Shown here: positions 55,730 through 64,000 of the stretch, in pieces | Layout of the letters: every line of letters starts with the position of its first letter | How positions within the stretch are numbered: the stretch's first letter is position 1 | From: a virus | DNA: 64,000 bases | Direction: 5' to 3' (one strand) | IMG/VR virus record: IMGVR_UViG_3300031521_000012 | Location: 1 to 64,000 of that record | The notes under the pieces: generated by a model | Seen by the model: only the letters and a program-made list of their open reading frames with translations | Told to the model about the DNA's origin: nothing | Database searches by the model: none | Made by a program: the position numbers and the translations under genes

Positions 55730-56275
55730 TTATACCACATTAAGTGTAACTGTTTTGGTAACTGTCATTGTTGCAATAGGCTGAATTTCATCGGGCTTAA
55801 TCATAGCAGTAAAACCACCTGATTGATAAAAATCAACTTCCTGACCATTAGCATCGTACTTGCCGTCCTTTAGCCTTTTACAAAAAACATGATGCCCACT
55901 AAAAGAATAGTCACCACTACCACCCCCATCATATTTAGTGTCTAACACGACAAATGCGCCTGCTTCAACTATGAATTCTTCAGTAGCACTAGGGCTTGCA
56001 ACCACACTATCAATAAAGTAATTAACAGTATCTAATGATACATCATACCCTAGATTAGACTTGAATGCTAAGACAATATCTGATGCTACATTCGTCTTTT
56101 CTTTAGTAATATCAATGCTTGTTTTGATTGTAATACCAACAACAATACCCGACTTAGCTAATTTAGTACTAAGTTTTCTATTATCATAGATAAACTTTGA
56201 TGGAAGTTCTGTGTAAACATCCATTCCATCTTGTAGTAAAATTACATCACCTACCTTTAATATTTTATGGCTCAT
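55730..56275 (-). CDS. Hypothetical phage protein
   Basis: DGGGSGD...GHHVFC...FYQSGGF. Confidence 0.8.
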   Translation of the reverse strand: MSHKILKVGDVILLQDGMDVYTELPSKFIYDNRKLSTKLAKSGIVVGITIKTSIDITKEKTNVASDIVLAFKSNLGYDVSLDTVNYFIDSVVASPSATEEFIVEAGAFVVLDTKYDGGGSGDYSFSGHHVFCKRLKDGKYDANGQEVDFYQSGGFTAMIKPDEIQPIATMTVTKTVTLNVV

Positions 56276-56298
56276 GTTCTTTAGATTATGTTATATTC

Positions 56299-56329
56299 AT
56301 TATACGTATGAACCTATACAAAAGTTACA
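56299..56329 (-). promoter_or_regulatory. ECF-type phage promoter
   Basis: TGTAAC-N17-CGTATAAT on minus strand. Confidence 0.85.
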
Positions 56330-56333
56330 AAAT

Positions 56334-56669
56334 TTAATAATTTAATATTATTTTTACATAATAATAATGAAAGTCACCCTTAATATCAAATATATCAGCT
56401 ACTTGTGATTCAATCTCAATTTTATCAATTGAATCTATTTCAGGCACAATAATAGGATTGCTTGAGTTAATAACATCTAATACCCTTCCGATAATAAAAA
56501 AGTTAGCATTGGTATTATATTGAATACATGAAAGGCTACTTAGTGAATCAACATTTAAGTACTTAGCAAAGACTGTATCAAAATCTTCATCGGGATGATA
56601 TGCTTTCCAGTTTTCATGCCACTTGTAAGAAACAAGTATTCCGTATATAAAATATTGGTCGTTTATCAT
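56334..56669 (-). CDS. Hypothetical protein
   Basis: Co-oriented ORF. Confidence 0.7.
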   Translation of the reverse strand: MINDQYFIYGILVSYKWHENWKAYHPDEDFDTVFAKYLNVDSLSSLSCIQYNTNANFFIIGRVLDVINSSNPIIVPEIDSIDKIEIESQVADIFDIKGDFHYYYVKIILNY

Positions 56670-57568
56670 GGCTTGAATATTACTCCTATCATAAAATTAT
56701 CGATTATTGCAATATTCTTATCATTAGTAATAAATCCAATCTTGTTTAAATGATCGAATAATTCGTAATCCCAATCGCATTCAGTTAGCTGATCGAAAAA
56801 ATGTAGATATCCTCTGTTATTTTCATCAACGATTCCCCAATAGCTATCGTTTTTATTTTTATCGGTCATTATATTAAGGGTGAAGAACATATAACCACCA
56901 TGATTTAATGCACGATATGCTTGTTCAAAATATTCAAACCTATCTTTTTGAGAACAATGCTGCAATACATTAACACAATATACGACATCAAAATATCCTT
57001 CATCCAATAGATAATCAGGAATTCCACTTTTTTCAATTTCAATAAAATTTGAATACTCTTTCAAACATTCTGGTATAATATAATCAATTCCAACATAATC
57101 GTAAGTATCTTTTATTTCACAGAATAAATTTCCATATCCATATCCTATTTCTAATAGCTTTAATTTTTCATTAACAACCTTATTAGATGTTAAATTATCT
57201 AACAATGATATAAGACCCAAATCTTTAGCCATTTTTAATGTGGATTCATTAACTTCTCTTATATTTTTGCAATAATTACCCGATACACTTAACAATGGGA
57301 AATGTTTTCTGCATTCTACCCAAAAATCTTTATTGTTAATATTATTAGGGTGAAATCTTTCAACAGCTTCTTTTTTAACAATTGATTGGTGATTACCATT
57401 ATTAAATAATTTATCACTAATTACTAGGTTTTCCTCATGAAATGTAGTAACTCTTATTGTTGGTTTCAATGAAATGCCCGCCACCTTTTTTCTAAGATAA
57501 TATTCGTTTCGTCTTAACGTAGCGAACCTAATGGCTTTAATTACATCAGTATATGTTTTCATAATCAC
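56666..57568 (-). CDS. Class I SAM-dependent methyltransferase
   Basis: LLEIGYGYG, YVGID, FDVVYCVNVLQH, ALNHGG. Confidence 0.85.
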   Translation of the reverse strand: MIMKTYTDVIKAIRFATLRRNEYYLRKKVAGISLKPTIRVTTFHEENLVISDKLFNNGNHQSIVKKEAVERFHPNNINNKDFWVECRKHFPLLSVSGNYCKNIREVNESTLKMAKDLGLISLLDNLTSNKVVNEKLKLLEIGYGYGNLFCEIKDTYDYVGIDYIIPECLKEYSNFIEIEKSGIPDYLLDEGYFDVVYCVNVLQHCSQKDRFEYFEQAYRALNHGGYMFFTLNIMTDKNKNDSYWGIVDENNRGYLHFFDQLTECDWDYELFDHLNKIGFITNDKNIAIIDNFMIGVIFKP

Positions 57569-57569
57569 T

Positions 57570-57863
57570 TTATTTTGAATCCATTATGATATTAATTAAG
57601 GCATTGGCTATTGCTTCAATATTATCTTCCTTAAATTTTTCACCCTCTGGTGATATATTCCAAAACATAAATCCTTCTTGCTTTTCAATAACCTCCATTT
57701 TTTCAATTTCAGCTAATGCAGTATCAATATCATCTTTATATGAAACAATAATTGTTGCACCTATCTGAATCACGCCATATTCATCCTTAAATAAATACCC
57801 TAATAATTCCATAGGTAGGTTAGCATAGAATTTAGCCTTATAGTAAATTTCTTTTGCAGTCAT
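57570..57863 (-). CDS. Hypothetical protein
   Basis: Co-oriented ORF. Confidence 0.7.
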   Translation of the reverse strand: MTAKEIYYKAKFYANLPMELLGYLFKDEYGVIQIGATIIVSYKDDIDTALAEIEKMEVIEKQEGFMFWNISPEGEKFKEDNIEAIANALINIIMDSK

Positions 57864-57866
57864 AGC

Positions 57867-58307
57867 TTAATAAATTAGTTTATATGCAATATACATTAAT
57901 ACCAAATGTAATGTGTTATCAGTTAAAGCGTATGTATACGCTTTAAATCCGCCCTCTAGTGCATCATTCAAATTAATTTCGGGTTTATCATCAGGCATAA
58001 AATTTAGCTTATTGTTTTTATACCAATCATTTTTAGTTAAGAAATCTTTTAATCCACTGCCTTTGATATGGTGCATATAAGTCTCACCAAGTGAGTACTT
58101 ATCGATAAAAAAGTGTGACAAAAATACGACAATTATCCATATAAAATCAAAGTTTCCCATGAATAAGCATACTGCAAATGTATATAACATACAATGAATA
58201 ATGCATGCAATATATCCCTCAAGACTATTCTTGGTCTTATTGTGTGCCATGTAGTCTGTTTGGAAGAGGTAATCACCCACCAAATGCCCTAAAAATAACT
58301 CAAACAT
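57867..58307 (-). CDS. DUF3307-like membrane protein
   Basis: HLVGDYLFQT...H...SHFFID...DNTLH. Confidence 0.8.
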   Translation of the reverse strand: MFELFLGHLVGDYLFQTDYMAHNKTKNSLEGYIACIIHCMLYTFAVCLFMGNFDFIWIIVVFLSHFFIDKYSLGETYMHHIKGSGLKDFLTKNDWYKNNKLNFMPDDKPEINLNDALEGGFKAYTYALTDNTLHLVLMYIAYKLIY

Positions 58308-58318
58308 AATGATTGTTT

Positions 58319-58708
58319 TTAAATATGTTTACAAATCGATTTTAATTCTTCCCATGTAGGTTTTGTGCCTTTAGGTACGAAAAATTCAGTATATTCTTCG
58401 TCATATTCATCAGTTAAATAAGGCTTGCCATCTACTAGTTTAAGATACATGCCATCAAATGGTGCACCATCAGTAATAAAATGACCAATGCTTGAAGAAC
58501 AAGAAAGAAATGGATTAAACTCAGCAAGTTCTTTTATCCAGAATTCAGTCATATCAAACCAATCCCTAACAAAATTTCCAGAATAAAATGTTTTTGATTC
58601 TTGTCTTTCAGAAGTGCCTTTTATGAAGAAAAGTGAAATTTCTACACCTTTATAGTTCAAATCTTTTTTTCTGCTGAATTCTTCGTAGTTAATTCTAACG
58701 ACTGCCAT
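58319..58708 (-). CDS. Hypothetical protein
   Basis: ORF behind promoter. Confidence 0.75.
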   Translation of the reverse strand: MAVVRINYEEFSRKKDLNYKGVEISLFFIKGTSERQESKTFYSGNFVRDWFDMTEFWIKELAEFNPFLSCSSSIGHFITDGAPFDGMYLKLVDGKPYLTDEYDEEYTEFFVPKGTKPTWEELKSICKHI

Positions 58709-58722
58709 AATAGTTTTTTATT

Positions 58723-58753
58723 ATTATACGTATAACAACAACTATTTGTTACA
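58723..58753 (-). promoter_or_regulatory. ECF-type phage promoter
   Basis: TGTAAC-N17-CGTATAAT overlapping the end of the upstream gene. Confidence 0.8.
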
Positions 58754-59032
58754 AATTTCTGGTAATAATTTTTCCAATGAATCTTCATAAGAAAATACAA
58801 TATTCATTCTTTCGACTTCATTTGATTTAATTGCTGCATCAAAGTTAGCTTGCGTTGTTCTACCAAATTCTTCACTCTTGCCGAAGAAATATATTGTATT
58901 GGTTTTTCTATCAACATAGAACCTACCACCACCACTGACATTATTTTCTTTTCTTGGGTCAATCAGTTTATAATGATAATCAACATTGCCCATGAGTAAT
59001 ACGCCATGATTTATTAAAAATTTAGCTGCCAT
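58742..59032 (-). CDS. Hypothetical protein
   Basis: H...GGGRF...FGKSEEFG. Confidence 0.75.
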   Translation of the reverse strand: MAAKFLINHGVLLMGNVDYHYKLIDPRKENNVSGGGRFYVDRKTNTIYFFGKSEEFGRTTQANFDAAIKSNEVERMNIVFSYEDSLEKLLPEICNK

Positions 59033-59036
59033 TATG

Positions 59037-59678
59037 TTATTTTTTTAAATTATTATAAATTTCAATTTCATTATCAAGCATTACCATTCTTAGTTCAGCA
59101 GTATCAACACCAAAAAAATAATCAGGATTTATTGTCTTACCTTCTTCTTGATCACCAAGCATAATAACAATGCCCTTTTTAGTCGATTTCACAATTTCCC
59201 TTATGAAAGCAAAATTATCATCAAATGAATATGACCTAACAGAAATTCCCATTATGTTTTTCGGTTTATTGATCTCAACAATGGGTAATTCATTTAAAAA
59301 CATATCTGTTTTTTGATCAATAGGCAGCATTATATTATATTTAGGGTTAATTGTATCTGTATCAATATCATACGTAAATGTTGGGTGAAATATGAAACGA
59401 ATCTTAGTAATAGGAATATTATTATCTAACAATAAATTTCTGTTTTTAAGTATCAACTCTTTTTGATATGGTGTTAATTCTTTATCACCTATTTGGTGCT
59501 CTCTATACACATGCATAACTTCTTGTTGCTGTTTATACATGGCTTCTATTTCAGTAGCGTTTATGTTTATTTTTTTCGAGAAAATTTTAGCCCATATAAA
59601 TTCAACGAATTTATTAACAGACCTGTAAAGTGCTAAGCAAATTACAATAATAACGAGTAATATGATCATTGAATCCAT
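59037..59678 (-). CDS. Membrane-anchored hypothetical protein
   Basis: N-terminal TM segment. Confidence 0.8.
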   Translation of the reverse strand: MDSMIILLVIIVICLALYRSVNKFVEFIWAKIFSKKININATEIEAMYKQQQEVMHVYREHQIGDKELTPYQKELILKNRNLLLDNNIPITKIRFIFHPTFTYDIDTDTINPKYNIMLPIDQKTDMFLNELPIVEINKPKNIMGISVRSYSFDDNFAFIREIVKSTKKGIVIMLGDQEEGKTINPDYFFGVDTAELRMVMLDNEIEIYNNLKK

Positions 59679-59883
59679 GATGATTAGTTTTTAATTAATA
59701 ATACTTTTTAACTCTGGTTTTCTTACTGAAGCGTCTTTTTCTTGTAATTACTTTACGAATATCGAAACAAATATCCAATATTATGATAAATAAAACAATC
59801 ATAACCATTATGAATATAACCAATGTCATTGATTTATATATTATTGATAACATTAATACTGTTTCCATTATGCTTTTTTCTTA

Positions 59884-59914
59884 TTAATACGTATGAGAAG
59901 CCCAAAAGGTTACA
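59884..59914 (-). promoter_or_regulatory. ECF-type phage promoter
   Basis: TGTAAC-N17-CGTATTAA on minus strand. Confidence 0.8.
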
Positions 59915-59916
59915 AA

Positions 59917-60201
59917 TTATTTTTTTAAATAAACAATAAAATTTATTCCACCAGATGTTATTGAATAAATTCCCATTAATTGCGTACAGAATTCTTCTTC
60001 AATTCGATGGCATACTTCACCAAATTCTCTATCTTGATCGATGCTACTATTAAGATGCATGCTGATAGCATCACGCATGCATTTTACAGACCAAAAATCA
60101 TTATGTTCATACGCCATTTCAGACCAACCATCAGGAATTAAACCTCTTAGAATTTTTATGTTTCTAAATTCACCTAGCAGTGTAGAATCAATACTTTTCA
60201 T
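59917..60201 (-). CDS. Hypothetical protein
   Basis: Co-oriented ORF. Confidence 0.7.
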   Translation of the reverse strand: MKSIDSTLLGEFRNIKILRGLIPDGWSEMAYEHNDFWSVKCMRDAISMHLNSSIDQDREFGEVCHRIEEEFCTQLMGIYSITSGGINFIVYLKK

Positions 60202-60758
60202 TATATTAAAGTTTTATATTCTTCCGCTAATGCGCAATACATAACATTTGTGGTATCATCAATATCAATGGTACTACGGTATGCTGACATATCATATGGT
60301 ATACCACTTAAGGCATATGCATCATCAATATCAAAAAATTTCACGTTTTTATTCTTATTGAAGATTTCAACCAGTTCACAAAACCCAATTCTCAATAGCA
60401 TTTCTTCTCTTGAAATTTCATTTACATTATGAATAGGCATTGCAGGTACTGGCGACCAGTGAGTTACTTTCACCCAATTTCGTTTACTATCTTGAAAAGA
60501 TTTACAGCCCATGTTCCAATAACAGAACTCAATGGATTTGTATATCTGACTTTCACCATTTCTACGACCACCCAATGTATTTTTAAAATCTTCCTTAGTT
60601 AATTTTCTTTCAACAACACATAGATAACTTCCGCAATAATCGCCTTTGCTTCCAGAACCATCAAAAGGAAGATAATCCTTCATTGAAATCCATTTTTGTT
60701 TTGATTCAACGTTTAGTACTCTTACATTCATTGAATCATCATATACTTCTTCTTTCAT
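60201..60758 (-). CDS. DUF551-like phage protein
   Basis: KWISMKDYLP...VTHWSPVP. Confidence 0.6.
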   Translation of the reverse strand: MKEEVYDDSMNVRVLNVESKQKWISMKDYLPFDGSGSKGDYCGSYLCVVERKLTKEDFKNTLGGRRNGESQIYKSIEFCYWNMGCKSFQDSKRNWVKVTHWSPVPAMPIHNVNEISREEMLLRIGFCELVEIFNKNKNVKFFDIDDAYALSGIPYDMSAYRSTIDIDDTTNVMYCALAEEYKTLI

Positions 60759-60759
60759 G

Positions 60760-61278
60760 TTAGATTATTCTGTTTAATAATTGTAAATTACCACTATTAA
60801 GGCTATTAATTCTTTCAAACCTACTAAGATACATATCAAGTTCTTCAATAAAACCTTGTGGTTCACATGATAAAGCTTTAGGCAAATTATCTACTTCATC
60901 TTCACCCCCACATTCAAACTTTAATAGTTTTTCTTCAATAGACATTGTTAAGTCATGGTGTTCATCAAGCAATTTCTTTAACTTAAATAATCTATTTAAA
61001 AGTGCTGGTGTTGGGTCAGGGACTACAATGCATTCAATCTGAGGTAATCTCCATGCTTCATTTTTTGATTGTTCATAATCGAGCCAATCAGTTTCATCTA
61101 TACAATAATTAGATTTAAATTCTAATATTTTTTTTTCAAGATTTATACTATCACCAATACTTTCCAAGCGTGATATTTCAACAAGTCTTTCCGTTTCACG
61201 TTTATCAAAAACTCTTGATAAATCGCTTAATGAATCTTTTGATAATGTTTGGATTAATAAGTCTGCTCTTTTGTTCAT
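60760..61278 (-). CDS. Hypothetical helical protein
   Basis: Co-oriented ORF. Confidence 0.75.
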   Translation of the reverse strand: MNKRADLLIQTLSKDSLSDLSRVFDKRETERLVEISRLESIGDSINLEKKILEFKSNYCIDETDWLDYEQSKNEAWRLPQIECIVVPDPTPALLNRLFKLKKLLDEHHDLTMSIEEKLLKFECGGEDEVDNLPKALSCEPQGFIEELDMYLSRFERINSLNSGNLQLLNRII

Positions 61279-61299
61279 ATGTATTATTATTTAATATTA

Positions 61300-61530
61300 T
61301 TATTTTTTATTTCTAAATATTGGTCTGTTTGAATATGAATTAATTGAATCAAAGTCATCATCATATAATTTCTGTCTTTTTTCCATTTTATCACAAGCAC
61401 TTTTAAAACTATTACTTGCTTCAACATCAGCATTCTCTTTTAGAAAAATATAACTGCTTTCGATTTGAGCTAATCTGCTGCTACGTGATAAAAGTATTTC
61501 ATAATATTCGTTTGAGATATTCATATACAC
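61300..61530 (-). CDS. Hypothetical protein
   Basis: Co-oriented ORF. Confidence 0.65.
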   Translation of the reverse strand: MYMNISNEYYEILLSRSSRLAQIESSYIFLKENADVEASNSFKSACDKMEKRQKLYDDDFDSINSYSNRPIFRNKK

Positions 61531-61532
61531 TA

Positions 61533-62024
61533 TTATTTATTTCTTATTTTATCACGAACTTCCATCAATGCTTTACCCAACAGGTTTAGACCTTTCCAGT
61601 TAGCTTCATCTAAACACTTTTCATTGGTATAGTGCAATCCAATTCCCCATATAACATCATAAGGAGAAGCTTCAACCAAAACTTTATTTTCTGATTCTAA
61701 TAAAACTCTCTTTAACATATGATTTTGATTGAACTTTTCGAATACTATACTAACCATAATATCATATGAAACTTCTGACCAAGCATCAGCATCAAAGTTC
61801 TTAACTAATCTACCTAATGCTTTAGCTTCTGACGGTTCTGGAGTTCTTACAATTCTTTCAGCCATTTCCATATCGTGAAAGTAAATTGCTTTTTCCCACA
61901 TGAAGCATTGTTCTGAATTATAAAAGGTAATACCTTTATATCTGAATCTACACATGCTTGAATACCAATTGGAAAATTCACCATTCCAAAAGAATATATG
62001 TGTCGGAGTTTCTAATTCGTGCAT
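61533..62024 (-). CDS. NADAR (YbiA/DUF1768) family protein
   Basis: FSNWY, SEQCFMWEKA, AKALGRLVKNFD, LVEASPYDVIWGIG, GLNLLGKALMEVR. Confidence 0.92.
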   Translation of the reverse strand: MHELETPTHIFFWNGEFSNWYSSMCRFRYKGITFYNSEQCFMWEKAIYFHDMEMAERIVRTPEPSEAKALGRLVKNFDADAWSEVSYDIMVSIVFEKFNQNHMLKRVLLESENKVLVEASPYDVIWGIGLHYTNEKCLDEANWKGLNLLGKALMEVRDKIRNK

Positions 62025-62025
62025 G

Positions 62026-63531
62026 TTAATCTAATTTAGTTGTTAATACAGTACATGATTTTTCTGGTCGTGAGAATGCAACATACCTTAGTTTATTGCG
62101 TTCAACTATATTTTGATTATCATTCATATCATTTTCCATGCACATAACGTGTTGGTAAGTAGAGCCTTGTGATTTATGAACGGTTAGAAAATATCCATAG
62201 TCAATATCTTTAACAATAACATCACCTGAGCTACGATATAATCCACTATGATATTTATTAATATTAACCATTAATAGATTACATCGTCTAAATTCATAAT
62301 ATTTTTTCCATTTTCGTTTATCATCCTTACCCATGTCACGAAAGAAGTCATGCATTTGAGCATACAGATGTAGGTTTTCGTGATCGTTACTATCAATTAT
62401 GAAAACATCATCAAATTTAAACTTACCATGTGCAAGCTCTTCTCTTAACTTAACATGATAGCCATTAATACCATAGGAATTTTCTTCGAGTTTAGATTTA
62501 TCAACAACCCTATAATCAGCAGAATTTTCAATAATATTATAAATTTGCCTTTCATTGGTTACTGTTCGATATCCCATTAAGACATCATTAAGCTCAATTA
62601 TATCCGTAGTATGTTCGAAAAGTTCATCACGAATAACTTTATTGGCTGACATAACTGTATCGTTTTTCCATGCCAACCCTCTTACGAAATCAGTATCTTT
62701 TTTAAATTCATCAGTGGAGAATTTTTCCAATATTAACTTACGAAATTCTCGTTTATCAATAGTAAATTGAATGCCCTCACCTAAATCATTTATATTTGTT
62801 ATTCGATTATATCCACCATCATATGAATTTAAATTGTTTCTAAGCGCATCATAAATTGGCATTAATGGATTACTGTTACACTGTCTTTCAACTTTGGTTA
62901 AGTAATGAACGATAATATCCTTGTCAGTGAAAACACAACTCATAACTTCCTGAACTGGAGGAAGTTGTGCCGAATCACCAACAAATAATATCTTTGTTTT
63001 ACTACCGCTAATAATTTCTTTTAGCAACTCATATAGCTTACGAGGAAGCATCGATGCTTCATCAATAATTACTAGATTATAATCTGTAATTTTTTGTGGC
63101 GCAATTGGCTGAAACTCAGGAGAATTCGGATTAAAATTTTCAATAGAGCAATCAGGGCGAAGTCCAAGTAATGAATGCATAGTTTTCCCTTCTCTTCCAG
63201 TTACATTCGAAACTATTTTTTTTGCCTTATGCGTTGGTGCTGAGACGATTACACCACGATGATAGTTATCTAATATTTTTTTTACGATAGTTGACTTCCC
63301 GGTTCCTGCGTACCCTGCAATTGTAAAAAAGTTTTTATCACTATTAAGCCATTGTTTAGTTTTATTAACACCTGTAAACTGATCATCGTTTAATGTAATT
63401 AATTTACCTGTTGGTAATAATAATTGACTATCAGCCACAGGTGTTGTTGCAACATATTTCTCTTTAAAAACATTATCTAAATCGAAATTATCAAAGATGT
63501 TGTCAAAATCATTCGGCATATTTTTTTCCAT
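62026..63531 (-). CDS. Dda/RecD-like superfamily 1B DNA helicase
   Basis: GYAGTGKST, APTHKA, IIDEASM, GDSAQLPPV, TVHKSQGSTY, YVAFSR. Confidence 0.9.
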   Translation of the reverse strand: MEKNMPNDFDNIFDNFDLDNVFKEKYVATTPVADSQLLLPTGKLITLNDDQFTGVNKTKQWLNSDKNFFTIAGYAGTGKSTIVKKILDNYHRGVIVSAPTHKAKKIVSNVTGREGKTMHSLLGLRPDCSIENFNPNSPEFQPIAPQKITDYNLVIIDEASMLPRKLYELLKEIISGSKTKILFVGDSAQLPPVQEVMSCVFTDKDIIVHYLTKVERQCNSNPLMPIYDALRNNLNSYDGGYNRITNINDLGEGIQFTIDKREFRKLILEKFSTDEFKKDTDFVRGLAWKNDTVMSANKVIRDELFEHTTDIIELNDVLMGYRTVTNERQIYNIIENSADYRVVDKSKLEENSYGINGYHVKLREELAHGKFKFDDVFIIDSNDHENLHLYAQMHDFFRDMGKDDKRKWKKYYEFRRCNLLMVNINKYHSGLYRSSGDVIVKDIDYGYFLTVHKSQGSTYQHVMCMENDMNDNQNIVERNKLRYVAFSRPEKSCTVLTTKLD

Positions 63532-63537
63532 TATTTT

Positions 63538-63825
63538 TTATTTTCTACGAATTTCCCAATATTTTGATTTTCCAGCACCATGAAATTCATAAATATAATC
63601 ATCACCGCATGCTTTAAATTCATAAACCTTCCTGTAATCAAAATTATTTTCATTTTTCTTTAGCCAATTCCAAACTTCATAACAATGAAATTCTTGATAT
63701 AGCTGTTCGCTATACGTTGGTTGTGGCTTTTGATTGATGATTGTTAGAGTAATACCACCAAAAAATATTACAATAACCAATATTAACATCGTTAATAAAC
63801 ATCCTGCTTCTGATTTATCACTCAT
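63538..63825 (-). CDS. Membrane-anchored hypothetical protein
   Basis: N-terminal TM segment. Confidence 0.7.
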   Translation of the reverse strand: MSDKSEAGCLLTMLILVIVIFFGGITLTIINQKPQPTYSEQLYQEFHCYEVWNWLKKNENNFDYRKVYEFKACGDDYIYEFHGAGKSKYWEIRRK

Positions 63826-64000
63826 AGTTTATACTAGCTGAATAGAAATTCATTGCTCTCATGATTGTTTCATTATGATTGAAAGCCCATTCATAATTCT
63901 TTTGCTTTGTTATGAAATCAAAATAGTCAACCCACTTTACCTGTGCTGTTTCATGACATACGAACTTCTCAATATCCAACGGAAACAATTGCATATCATT

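Noticed and set aside
1160-62770. Short ORFs antisense to or nested in longer genes (e.g. 1160, 12429, 15285, 20572, 21744, 29452, 55306, 62555)
   Set aside because: Shadow frames of well-supported genes, or against the strong local strand bias
727-63825. Stop-codon reassignment
   Set aside because: Long conserved genes translate intact in code 11, and TAG/TGA stops fall at sensible gene ends

Overview
AT-rich (about 28-30% GC by eye), densely packed segment of a large lytic dsDNA phage, most likely infecting a Bacteroidota host (TAnnTTTG host-type promoters, A-rich leaders without Shine-Dalgarno). It looks like the early/accessory arm. A short leftward block (UvrD-like helicase and one unknown gene) diverges from a rightward block (4-26.5 kb: ECF sigma factor, DUF932, GP88-like, NUMOD4-HNH, GNAT, rIIA, rIIB, macrodomain). 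That block converges at about 27 kb on a long leftward block (27.5-64 kb: tandem paralogue arrays, class II aaRS-like plus MazG-like pair, frameshifted TnpB, ART-like protein, methyltransferase, DUF3307, NADAR, Dda-like helicase). The main signal is a transcription cascade: a host-type promoter drives a phage ECF sigma gene, and 35 copies of an ECF-type promoter (TGTAAC-N16/17-CGTATwAT) follow, all co-oriented with the local genes. Seven of these copies place the -35 box in the loop of a covarying hairpin. Other candidates: a triplicated promoter-driven non-coding unit, two 320-360 nt structured ncRNAs, a tRNA-like RNA, a Fur-box-like palindrome array, a strand-biased AATGTAC motif and a 12-member hypervariable protein family. 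All calls come from reading motifs by eye; no database searches were run.
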